Source: Eledone cirrhosa (Eukaryota). Taken from it: a DNA stretch of 64,000 nt. Location of the stretch: positions 12,834,001 through 12,898,000 of the forward strand of contig OZ024740.1 in the NCBI GenBank assembly GCA_964016885.1, written 5' to 3'. Shown piece after piece: positions 51,301-63,205 of the stretch. Under the pieces are notes generated by a model. That model saw nothing but the letters and a program-made list of their open reading frames with translations, did no database searches and was not told the origin of the DNA. A program made the translations under genes and the position numbers. Positions within the stretch are counted from its first letter, which is position 1. Each line of letters opens with the position of its first letter.

Positions 51301-52110
51301 TGTCTCTAGTCTAATGTATTGTCTCTAGTCTATTGTCTCTTGTCTAATGTCTTGTCTCTAGTATAATGTCTTGTCTCTAGTCTAATGTCTCTAGTCTAAT
51401 ATCTTGTCTCTAGTCTAATGTATTGTCTCTAGTCTATTGTCTCTTGCCTAATATCTTGTCTCTAGTATAATGTCTTGTCTCTAGTCTAATGACTCTAGTC
51501 TAATATATTGTCTCTAGTCTAATGTCTTGTCTCTACTCTAATGTCTCTAGTCTAATGTCTTGTCTCTAGTCTAATGTCTTGTCTCTAGTCTAATATCTTG
51601 TCTCTAGTCTAATGTCTCTAGTCTAATGTCTTGTCTCTAGTCTAATGTCTCTAGTCTAATGTCTTGTCTCTAGTATAATGTCTTGTCTCTAGTCTAATGT
51701 CTCTACTCTAATATCTTGTCTCTAGTCTAATGTCTTGTCTGTACTCTAATGTCTCTAGTCTAATGTCTTGTCTCTAGTCTAATGTCTCTAGTCAAATGTC
51801 TCTAGTCTAATGTCTTGTCTCTACTCTAATGTCTTGTCTCTAGTCTAACGTCTTGTCTCTAGTCTAATGTCTCTAGTGTAATGTCTTGTCTCTAGTCTAA
51901 TGTCTTGTCTCTAGTCTAATGTCTTGTCTCTAGTCTAATGTCTTGTCTCCAGTCTAATGTCTCTAGTCTAATGTCCTGTCTCTAGTCTAATGTCTTGTCT
52001 CTAGTCTAATATCTTGTCTCTAGTCTAATATCTTTTCTCTAGTCTAATGTCTGGTCTCTAGTCTAATGTATTGTCTCTAGTCTACTGTCTCGAGTCTAAT
52101 ATCTTGTCTC
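47415..52110 (+). repeat. 2348-bp near-perfect tandem duplication
   Basis: Markers Gtcaaat 47431/49779, atGattt 47816/50164, ttGgctc 48585/50933, Agctta 48837/51185 and Ctactgtctcgag 49734/52082 are all 2348 apart. Confidence 0.9.
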
Positions 52111-55100
52111 TAGTCTAATGTCTCTAGTCTAATGTCTTGTCTCTAGTCTAATGTCTCTAGTCTAATGTCTTGTCTCTAGTCTAATGTCTCTAGTCTAATG
52201 ACTTGTCTCTCGCCTAATGTCTTGTCTCTAGTCTAATGTCTTGTCTGTAGTCTAATGTCTTGAATCTAGTCTAATGTCTTGTCTCTAGTGTAATGTCTCT
52301 AGGCTATCTAGTCTAATGTCTCTAGGCTAATGTCTCTAGTCTAATGTCACTAGTCTAATGTCTCTAGTCTAATGTCTCTAGTCTAATGTCTCTAGTCTAA
52401 TGTCTTGTCTCTAGTCTAATGTCTCTAGTCTAATGTCTTGTCTCTAGTCTAATGTCCTGTCTCGAGTCTAATGTCTTGTCTCTAGTCTAATATCTCTAGT
52501 CTAATATCTTGTCTCCAGTCTAATGTCTTGTCTCTAGTCAAATGTCTTGTCTCGAGTCTAATGTCTTGTCTCTAGTCTAATGTCTCTAGTCTAATGTCTT
52601 CTCTCTAGTCTAATATCTTGTCTCTAGTCTAATGTCTCTAGTCTAATGTCTTGTCTCTAGTCTAATGTCTTGTCTCTAGTCTAATGTCTCTAGTCTAATG
52701 TCTTGTCTCTAGTCTAATGTCTTGTCTCTAGTCTAATGTCTTGTCTCGAGTCTAATGTCTTGTCTCTAGTCTAATGTCTCTAGTCTAATGTCTTGTCTCT
52801 AGTCTAATGTCTTGTCTCTAGTCTAATGTCTCTAGTCTAATGTCTTGTCTCTACTCTAGTCTAATGTCTTGTCTCTAGTCTAATGTCTCTAGTCTAATGT
52901 CTTGTCTCTAGTCTAATGTCTCTAGTCTAATGTCTTGTCTCTAGTCTAATGTCTTGTCTCTAGTCTAATGTCTTGACACTAGTCTAATGTCTTGTCTCTA
53001 GTGTAATGTCTCTAGTCTATCTAGTCTAATGTCTCTAGGCTAATGTCTTGTCTCTAGTCTAATGTTACTAGTCTAATGTATTGTGGCTAGTCTAATGTCT
53101 CTAGTCTAATGTCTTGACTCTAGTCTAATGTCGCTAGTCTAATGTCTTGTCTCTAGTCTAATGTCTTGTCTCTAGTCTAATGTCTCTAGTCTAATGTCTT
53201 GTCTCTAGTCTAATGTCTTGTCCCTAGTCTAATGCCTCTAGTCTAATGTCTTGTCTCTAGTCTAATGTCTTGTCTCTAGTATAATGTCTCGAGTCTAATA
53301 TCTTGTCTCTAGTCTAATGTCTTGTCTCTAGACTAATGTCTTGTCTCTAGTCTAATGTCTTGTCTCTAGTCTAATGTCTTGTCTCTAGTCTAATGTCTTG
53401 TCTCTAGTCTAATGTCTTGTCTCTAGTCTAATGTCTTGAATCTAGTCTAATGTCTTGAATCTAGTCTAATGTCTTGTCTCTAGTATAATGTCTCTAGTCT
53501 AATGTCTTGTCTCTAGTCTAATGTCTTGTCTCTAGACTAATGTCTTGTCTCTAGTCTAATGTCTTGTCTCTAGTCTAATGTCTTGTCTCTAGTCTAATGT
53601 CTTGAATCTAGTCTAATGTCTTGTCTCTAGTGTAATGTCTCTAGTCAAATGTCTTGTCTCTAGTCTAATGTCTTGTCTCTAGTCTAATGTCTCTAGTCTA
53701 ATGTCTTGTCTCTAGTCTAATGTCTTGTCCCTAGTCTAAAGTCTCTAGTGTAATGTCTTGTCTTTAATCTAATGTCTTGTCTCTAGTTTAATGTCTTGTC
53801 TCTAGTCTAATGTCTCTAGTCTAATGACTTGTCTCTAGTCCAATGTCTTGCCTCTAGTCTAATGTCTTGTCTCTAGTCTAATGTCTCTAGTCTAATGACT
53901 TGTCTCTAGTCCAATGTCTTGTCTCTAGACTAATGTCTCTAGTCTAATATCTTGTCTCTAGTCTAATGTCTTGTCTCTATTCTAATGTCTCTAGTCTAAT
54001 GTCTTGTCTCTAGTCTAATATCTTGTCTCTAGTCTAATATCTTTTCTCTAGTCTAATGTCTTGTCCCTAGTCTAATGTCTTGTCTCTAGTCTAATGTATT
54101 GTCTCTAGTCTACTGTCTCGAGTCTAATATCTTGTCTCTAGTCTAATGTCTTGTCTCTAGTCTAATGTCTTGTCTCTAGTCTAATGTCTTGTCTCGAGTC
54201 TAATGTCTTGTCTCTAGTCTAATGTCTCTAGTCTAATGTCTTGTCTCTACTCTAGTCTAATGTCTTGTCTCTAGTCTAATGTCTCTAGTCTAATGTCTTG
54301 TCTCTAGTCTAATGTCTCTAGTCTAATGTCTTGTCTCTAGTCTAATGTCTTGTCTCTAGTCTAATGTCTTGACACTAGCCTAATGTCTTGTCTCTAGTGT
54401 AATGTCTCTAGTCTATCTAGTCTAATGTCTCTAGGCTAATGTCTTGTCTCTAGTCTAATGTTACTAATCTAATGTATTGTGGCTAGTCTAATGTCTCTAG
54501 TCTAATGTCTTGACTCTAGTCTAATGTCGCTAGTCTAATGTCTTGTCTCTAGTCTAATGTCTTGTCTCTAGTCTAATGTCTCTAGTCTAATGTCTTGTCT
54601 CTAGTCTAATGTCTTGTCCCTAGTCTAATGCCTCTAGTCTAATGTCTTGTCTCTAGTCTAATGTCTTGTCTCTAATATAATGTCTCGAGTCTAATATCTT
54701 GTCTCTAGTCTAATATCTTGTCTCTAGACTAATGTCTTGTCTCTAGTCTAATGTCTTGTCTCTAGTCTAATGTCTTGTCACTAGTCTAATGTCTTGAATG
54801 TAGTCTAATGTCTTGTCTGTAGTGTAATGTCTCTAGTCAAATGTCTTGTCTCTAGTCTAATGTCTTGTCTCTAGTCTAATGTCTCTAGTCTAATGTCTTG
54901 TCTCTAGTCTAATGTCTTGTCCCTAGTCTAAAGTCTCTAGTGTAATGTCTTGTCTTTAATCTAATGTCTTGTCTCTAGTTTAATGTCTTGTCTCTAGTCT
55001 AATGACTTGTCTCTAGTCCAATGTCTTGCCTCTAGTCTAATGTCGTGTCTCTAGTCTAATGTCTTGACTCTAGCCTAATGTCTTGTCTCTAGACTAATGC

Positions 55101-56644
55101 CTCTAGTCTAATATCTTGTCTCTAGTCTAATGTCTTGTCTCTATTCTAATGTCTCTAGTCTAATGTCTTGTCTCTCGTCTAATATCTTGTCTCTAGTCTA
55201 ATATCTTTTCTCTAGTCTAATGTCTGGTCTCTAGTCTAATGTCTCTAGTCTAATGTCTTGTCTCTAGTCTAATGTCTCTAGTCTAATGTCTCTAGTCTAA
55301 TGTCTTGTCTCTAGTCTAATGTCTCTAGTCTAATGACTTGTCTCTCGCCTAATGTCTTGTCTCTAGTCTAATGTCTTGTCTGTAGTCTAATGTCTTGAAT
55401 CTAGTCTAATGTCTTGTCTCTAGTGTAATGTCTCTAGGCTATCTAGTCTAATGTCTCTAGGCTAATGTCTCTAGTCTAATGTCACTAGTCTAATGTCTCT
55501 AGTCTAATGTCTCTAGTCTAATGTCTCTAGTCTAATGTCTTGTCTCTAGTCTAATGTCTCTAGTCTAATGTCTTGTCTCTAGTCTAATGTCCTGTCTCGA
55601 GTCTAATGTCTTGTCTCTAGTCTAATGTTTCTAGTCTAATATCTTGTCTCGAGTCTAATGTCTTGTCTCTAGTCTAATGTCTCTAGTCTGATGTCTTGTC
55701 TCTAGTCTAATGTCTTGTCTCTAGTCTAATGTCTCTAGTCTAATGTCTTGTCTCTAGTCTAATGTCTTGTCTCGAGTCTAATGTCTTGTCTCTAGTCTAA
55801 TGTCTCTAGTCTAATGTCTTGTCTCTAGTCTAATGTCTTGTCTCTAGTCTAATGTCTCTAGTCTAATGTCTTGTCTCGAGTCTAATGTCTTGTCTCTAGT
55901 CTAATGTCTCTAGTCTAATGACTTGTCTCTAGTCTAATGTCTTGTCTCTAGTCTAATGTCTCTAGTCTAATGTCTTGTCTCTAGTCCAATGTCTTGTCTC
56001 GAGTCTAATGTCTTGTCTCTAGTCTAATGTCTCTAGTCTAATGTCTTGTCTCTACTCTAGTCTAATGTCTTGTCTCTAGTCTAATGTCTCTAGTCTAATG
56101 TCTTGTCTCTAGTCTAATGTCTCTAGTCTAATGTCTTGTCTCTAGTCTAATGTCTTGTCTCTAGTCTAATGACTTGACACTAGCCTAATGTCTTGTCTCT
56201 AGTGTAATGTCTCTAGTCTATCTAGTCTAATGTCTCTAGGCTAATGTCTTGTCTCTAGTCTAATGTTACTAGTCTAATGTATTGTGGCTAGTCTAATGTC
56301 TCTAGTCTAATGTCTTGACTCTAGTCTAATGTCGCTAGTCTAATGTCTTGACTCTAGTCTAATGTCTTGTCTCTAGTCTAATGTCTCTAGTCTAATGTCT
56401 TGTCTCTAGTCTAATGTCTTGTCCCTAGTCTAATGCCTCTAGTCTAATGTCTTGTCTCTAGTCTAATGTCTTGTCTCTAGTCTAATGTCTTGTCTCTAGT
56501 CTAATGTCTTGTCTCTAGACTAATGTCTTGTCTCTAGTCTAATGTCTTGTCTCTAGTCTAATGTCTCGAGTCTAATATCTTGTCTCTAGTCTAATGTCTT
56601 GTCTCTAGTCTAATGTCTTGTCTCTAGTCTAATGTCTTGTCTCT

Positions 56645-57650
56645 AGACTAATGTCTTGTCTCTAGTCTAATGTCTTGTCTCTAGTCTAATGTCTTGTCTC
56701 TAGTCTAATGTCTTGAATCTAGTCTAATGTCTTGTCTCTAGTGTAATGTCTCTAGTCTAATGTCTTGTATCTAGTATAATGTCTCGAGTCTAATATCTTG
56801 TCTCTAGTCTAATGTCTCGAGTCTAATGTCTTGTCTCTAGTCTAATGTCTTGTCTCTAGTCTAATGTCTTGTCTCTAGTCTAATGTCTTGAATCTAGTCT
56901 AATGTCTTGTCTCTAGTGTAATGTCTCTAGTCTAATGTCTTGTCTCTAGTATAATGTCTCGAGTCTAATATCTTGTCTCTAGTCTAATGTCTCGAGTCTA
57001 ATGTCTTGTCTCTAGTCTAATGTCTTGTCTCTAGTCTAATGTCTTGTCTCTAGTCTAATGTCTTGAATCTAGTCTAATGTCTTGTCTCTAGTGTAATGTC
57101 TCTAGTCTAATGTCTTGTCTCTAGTATAATGTCTCGAGTCTAATATCTTGTCTCTAGTCTAATGTCTCGAGTCTAATGTCTTGTCTCTAGTCTAATGTCT
57201 TGTCTCTAGTCTAATGTCTTGTCTCTAGTCTAATGTCTTGAATCTAGTCTAATGTCTTGTCTCTAGTGTAATGTCTCTAGTCTAATGTCTTGTCTCTAGT
57301 ATAATGTCTCGAGTCTAATATCTTGTCTCTAGTCTAATGTCTCGAGTCTAATGTCTTGTCTCTAGTCTAATGTCTTGTCTCTAGTCTAATGTCTTGTCTC
57401 TAGTCTAATGTCTTGAATCTAGTCTAATGTCTTGTCTCTAGTGTAATGTCTCTAGTCTAATGTCTTGTCTCTAGTATAATGTCTCGAGTCTAATATCTTG
57501 TCTCTAGTCTAATGTCTCGAGTCTAATGTCTTGTCTCTAGTCTAATGTCTTGTCTCTAGTCTAATGTCTTGTCTCTAGTCTAATGTCTTGAATCTAGTCT
57601 AATGTCTTGTCTCTAGTGTAATGTCTTTAGTCTAATGTCTTGTCTCTAGT
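56645..57650 (+). repeat. 175-bp higher-order repeat (7 L + 3 S monomers), about 5.5 copies
   Basis: The GAATCT marker occurs at 56715, 56890, 57065, 57240, 57415 and 57590, an exact 175-bp period (7x19 + 3x14 = 175). Each unit carries two CTCGAG. Confidence 0.95.
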
Positions 57651-60600
57651 CTAATGTCTCTAGTCTAATGTCTTGTCTCTAGTCTAATGTCTTGTCCCTA
57701 GTCTAAAGTCTCTAGTGTAATGTCTTGTCTTTAATCTAATGTCTTGTCTCTAGTTTAATGTCTTGTCTCTAGTCTAATGTCTCTAGTCTAATGACTTGTC
57801 TCTAGTCCAATGTCTTGCCTCTAGTCTAATGTCTTGTCCCTAGTCTAATGTCTTGTCTCTAGTCTAATGTACTGTCTCAAGTCTAATGTACTGTCTCTAG
57901 TCTAATGTCTTGTCTCTAGTCTAATGTCTTGTCTCTAGTCTAATGTCTCTAGTCTAATGTCCTGTCTCTAGTCTAATGTCTTGTCTCTAGTCTAATATCT
58001 TGTCTCTAGTCTAATATCTTGTCTCTAGTCTAATGTCTCTAGTCTAATGTCTTGTCTCTAGTCTAATGTCTCTAGTCTAATGTCTCTAGTCTAATGTCTT
58101 GTCTCTAGTCTAATGTCTCTAGTCTAATGACTTGTCTCTCGCCTAATGTCTTGTCTCTAGTCTAATGTCTTGTCTGTAGTCTAATGTCTTGAATCTAGTC
58201 TAATGTCTTGTCTCTAGTGTAATGTCTCTAGGCTATCTAGTCTAATGTCTCTAGGCTAATGTCTCTAGTCTAATGTCACTAGTCTAATGTCTCTAGTCTA
58301 ATGTCTCTAGTCTAATGTCTCTAGTCTAATGTCTTGTCTCTAGTCTAATGTCTCTAGTCTAATGTCTTGTCTCTAGTCTAATGTCCTGTCTCGAGTCTAA
58401 TGTCTTGTCTCTAGTCTAATGTCTCTAGTCTAATATCTTGTCTCCAGTCTAATGTCTTGTCTCTAGTCAAATGTCTTGTCTCGAGTCTAATGTCTTGTCT
58501 CTAGTCTAATGTCTCTAGTCTAATGTCTTCTCTCTAGTCTAATATCTTGTCTCTAGTCTAATGTCTCTAGTCTAATGTCTTGTCTCTAGTCTAATGTCTT
58601 GTCTCTAGTCTAATGTCTCTAGTCTAATGTCTTGTCTCTAGTCTAATGTCTTGTCTCTAGTCTAATGTCTTGTCTCGAGTCTAATGTCTTGTCTCTAGTC
58701 TAATGTCTCTAGTCTAATGTCTTGTCTCTAGTCTAATGTCTTGTCTCTAGTCTAATGTCTCTAGTCTAATGTCTTGTCTCTACTCTAGTCTAATGTCTTG
58801 TCTCTAGTCTAATGTCTCTAGTCTAATGTCTTGTCTCTAGTCTAATGTCTCTAGTCTAATGTCTTGTCTCTAGTCTAATGTCTTGTCTCTAGTCTAATGT
58901 CTTGACACTAGTCTAATGTCTTGTCTCTAGTGTAATGTCTCTAGTCTATCTAGTCTAATGTCTCTAGGCTAATGTCTTGTCTCTAGTCTAATGTTACTAG
59001 TCTAATGTATTGTGGCTAGTCTAATGTCTCTAGTCTAATGTCTTGACTCTAGTCTAATGTCGCTAGTCTAATGTCTTGTCTCTAGTCTAATGTCTTGTCT
59101 CTAGTCTAATGTCTCTAGTCTAATGTCTTGTCTCTAGTCTAATGTCTTGTCCCTAGTCTAATGCCTCTAGTCTAATGTCTTGTCTCTAGTCTAATGTCTT
59201 GTCTCTAGTATAATGTCTCGAGTCTAATATCTTGTCTCTAGTCTAATGTCTTGTCTCTAGACTAATGTCTTGTCTCTAGTCTAATGTCTTGTCTCTAGTC
59301 TAATGTCTTGTCTCTAGTCTAATGTCTTGTCTCTAGTCTAATGTCTTGTCTCTAGTCTAATGTCTTGAATCTAGTCTAATGTCTTGAATCTAGTCTAATG
59401 TCTTGTCTCTAGTATAATGTCTCTAGTCTAATGTCTTGTCTCTAGTCTAATGTCTTGTCTCTAGACTAATGTCTTGTCTCTAGTCTAATGTCTTGTCTCT
59501 AGTCTAATGTCTTGTCTCTAGTCTAATGTCTTGAATCTAGTCTAATGTCTTGTCTCTATTGTAATGTCTCTAGTCAAATGTCTTGTCTCTAGTCTAATGT
59601 CTTGTCTCTAGTCTAATGTCTCTAGTCTAATGTCTTGTCTCTAGTCTAATGTCTTGTCCCTAGTCTAAAGTCTCTAGTGTAATGTCTTGTCTTTAATCTA
59701 ATGTCTTGTCTCTAGTTTAATGTCTTGTCTCTAGTCTAATGTCTCTAGTCTAATGACTTGTCTCTAGTCCAATGTCTTGCCTCTAGTCTAATGTCGTGTC
59801 TCTAGTCTAATGTCTTGACTCTAGTTTAATGTCTTGTCTCTAGTCTAATGTCTCTAGTCTAATGACTTGTCTCTAGTCCAATGTCTTGTCTCTAGACTAA
59901 TGTCTCTAGTCTAATATCTTGTCTCTAGTCTAATGTCTTGTCTCTATTCTAATGTCTCTAGTCTAATGTCTTGTCTCTAGTCTAATATCTTGTCTCTAGT
60001 CTAATATCTTTTCTCTAGTCTAATGTCTTGTCCCTAGTCTAATGTCTTGTCTCTAGTCTAATGTATTGTCTCTAGTCTACTGTCTCGAGTCTAATATCTT
60101 GTCTCTAGTCTAATGTCTTGTCTCTAGTCTAATGTCTTGTCTCTAGTCTAATGTCTTGTCTCGAGTCTAATGTCTTGTCTCTAGTCTAATGTCTCTAGTC
60201 TAATGTCTTGTCTCTACTCTAGTCTAATGTCTTGTCTCTAGTCTAATGTCTCTAGTCTAATGTCTTGTCTCTAGTCTAATGTCTCTAGTCTAATGTCTTG
60301 TCTCTAGTCTAATGTCTTGTCTCTAGTCTAATGTCTTGACACTAGCCTAATGTCTTGTCTCTAGTGTAATGTCTCTAGTCTATCTAGTCTAATGTCTCTA
60401 GGCTAATGTCTTGTCTCTAGTCTAATGTTACTAATCTAATGTATTGTGGCTAGTCTAATGTCTCTAGTCTAATGTCTTGACTCTAGTCTAATGTCGCTAG
60501 TCTAATGTCTTGTCTCTAGTCTAATGTCTCTTATCTAATGTCTTGTCTCTAGTCTAATGTCTTGTCCCTAGTCTAATGCCTCTAGTCTAATGTCTTGTCT

Positions 60601-62199
60601 CTAGTCTAATGTCTTGTCTCTAATATAATGTCTCGAGTCTAATATCTTGTCTCTAGTCTAATATCTTGTCTCTAGACTAATGTCTTGTCTCTAGTCTAAT
60701 GTCTTGTCTCTAGTCTAATGTCTTGTCTCTAGTCTAATGTCTTGAATGTAGTCTAATGTCTTGTCTCTAGTGTAATGTCTCTAGTCAAATGTCTTGTCTC
60801 TAGTCTAATGTCTTGTCTCTAGTCTAATGTCTCTAGTCTAATGTCTTGTCTCTAGTCTAATGTCTTGTCCCTAGTCTAAAGTCTCTAGTGTAATGTCTTG
60901 TCTTTAATCTAATGTCTTGTCTCTAGTTTAATGTCTTGTCTCTAGTCTAATGACTTGTCTCTAGTCCAATGTCTTGCCTCTAGTCTAATGTCGTGTCTCT
61001 AGTCTAATGTCTTGACTCTAGCCTAATGTCTTGTCTCTAGACTAATGCCTCTAGTCTAATATCTTGTCTCTAGTCTAATGTCTTGTCTCTATTCTAATGT
61101 CTCTAGTCTAATGTCTTGTCTCTCGTCTAATATCTTGTCTCTAGTCTAATATCTTTTCTCTAGTCTAATGTCTGGTCTCTAGTCTAATGTCTCTAGTCTA
61201 ATGTCTTGTCTCTAGTCTAATGTCTCTAGTCTAATGTCTCTAGTCTAATGTCTTGTCTCTAGTCTAATGTCTCTAGTCTAATGACTTGTCTCTCGCCTAA
61301 TGTCTTGTCTCTAGTCTAATGTCTTGTCTGTAGTCTAATGTCTTGAATCTAGTCTAATGTCTTGTCTCTAGTGTAATGTCTCTAGGCTATCTAGTCTAAT
61401 GTCTCTAGGCTAATGTCTCTAGTCTAATGTCACTAGTCTAATGTCTCTAGTCTAATGTCTCTAGTCTAATGTCTCTAGTCTAATGTCTTGTCTCTAGTCT
61501 AATGTCTCTAGTCTAATGTCTTGTCTCTACTCTAATGTCCTGTCTCGAGTCTAATGTCTTGTCTCTAGTCTAATGTCTCTAGTCTAATATCTTGTCTCGA
61601 GTCTAATGTCTTGTCTCTAGTCTAATGTCTCTAGTCTGATGTCTTGTCTCTAGTCTAATGTCTTGTCTCTAGTCTAATGTCTCTAGTCTAATGTCTTGTC
61701 TCTAGTCTAATGTCTTGTCTCGAGTCTAATGTCTTGTCTCTAGTCTAATGTCTCTAGTCTAATGTCTTGTCTCTAGTCTAATGTCTTGTCTCTAGTCTAA
61801 TGTCTCTAGTCTAATGTCTTGTCTCGAGTCTAATGTCTTGTCTCTAGTCTAATGTCTCTAGTGTAATGTCTCTAGTCTATCTAGTCTAATGTCTCTAGGC
61901 TAATGTCTTGTCTCTAGTCTAATGTTACTAGTCTAATGTATTGTGGCTAGTCTAATGTCTCTAGTCTAATGTCTTGACTCTAGTCTAATGTCGCTAGTCT
62001 AATGTCTTGTCTCTAGTCTAATGTCTTGTCTCTAGTCTAATGTCTTGTCTCTAGTCTAATGTCTTGTCTCTAGACTAATGTCTTGTCTCTAGTCTAATGT
62101 CTTGTCTCTAGTCTAATGTCTCGAGTCTAATATCTTGTCTCTAGTCTAATGTCTTGTCTCTAGTCTAATGTCTTGTCTCTAGTCTAATGTCTTGTCTCT

Positions 62200-63205
62200 A
62201 GACTAATGTCTTGTCTCTAGTCTAATGTCTTGTCTCTAGTCTAATGTCTTGTCTCTAGTCTAATGTCTTGAATCTAGTCTAATGTCTTGTCTCTAGTGTA
62301 ATGTCTCTAGTCTAATGTCTTGTATCTAGTATAATGTCTCGAGTCTAATATCTTGTCTCTAGTCTAATGTCTCGAGTCTAATGTCTTGTCTCTAGTCTAA
62401 TGTCTTGTCTCTAGTCTAATGTCTTGTCTCTAGTCTAATGTCTTGAATCTAGTCTAATGTCTTGTCTCTAGTGTAATGTCTCTAGTCTAATGTCTTGTCT
62501 CTAGTATAATGTCTCGAGTCTAATATCTTGTCTCTAGTCTAATGTCTCGAGTCTAATGTCTTGTCTCTAGTCTAATGTCTTGTCTCTAGTCTAATGTCTT
62601 GTCTCTAGTCTAATGTCTTGAATCTAGTCTAATGTCTTGTCTCTAGTGTAATGTCTCTAGTCTAATGTCTTGTCTCTAGTATAATGTCTCGAGTCTAATA
62701 TCTTGTCTCTAGTCTAATGTCTCGAGTCTAATGTCTTGTCTCTAGTCTAATGTCTTGTCTCTAGTCTAATGTCTTGTCTCTAGTCTAATGTCTTGAATCT
62801 AGTCTAATGTCTTGTCTCTAGTGTAATGTCTCTAGTCTAATGTCTTGTCTCTAGTATAATGTCTCGAGTCTAATATCTTGTCTCTAGTCTAATGTCTCGA
62901 GTCTAATGTCTTGTCTCTAGTCTAATGTCTTGTCTCTAGTCTAATGTCTTGTCTCTAGTCTAATGTCTTGAATCTAGTCTAATGTCTTGTCTCTAGTGTA
63001 ATGTCTCTAGTCTAATGTCTTGTCTCTAGTATAATGTCTCGAGTCTAATATCTTGTCTCTAGTCTAATGTCTCGAGTCTAATGTCTTGTCTCTAGTCTAA
63101 TGTCTTGTCTCTAGTCTAATGTCTTGTCTCTAGTCTAATGTCTTGAATCTAGTCTAATGTCTTGTCTCTAGTGTAATGTCTCTAGTCTAATGTCTTGTCT
63201 CTAGT
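62200..63205 (+). repeat. Second cluster of the 175-bp higher-order repeat, about 5.5 copies
   Basis: The GAATCT marker occurs at 62270, 62445, 62620, 62795, 62970 and 63145. The first unit carries the same tgtAtc variant as the first unit of the 56.7-kb cluster. Confidence 0.95.
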
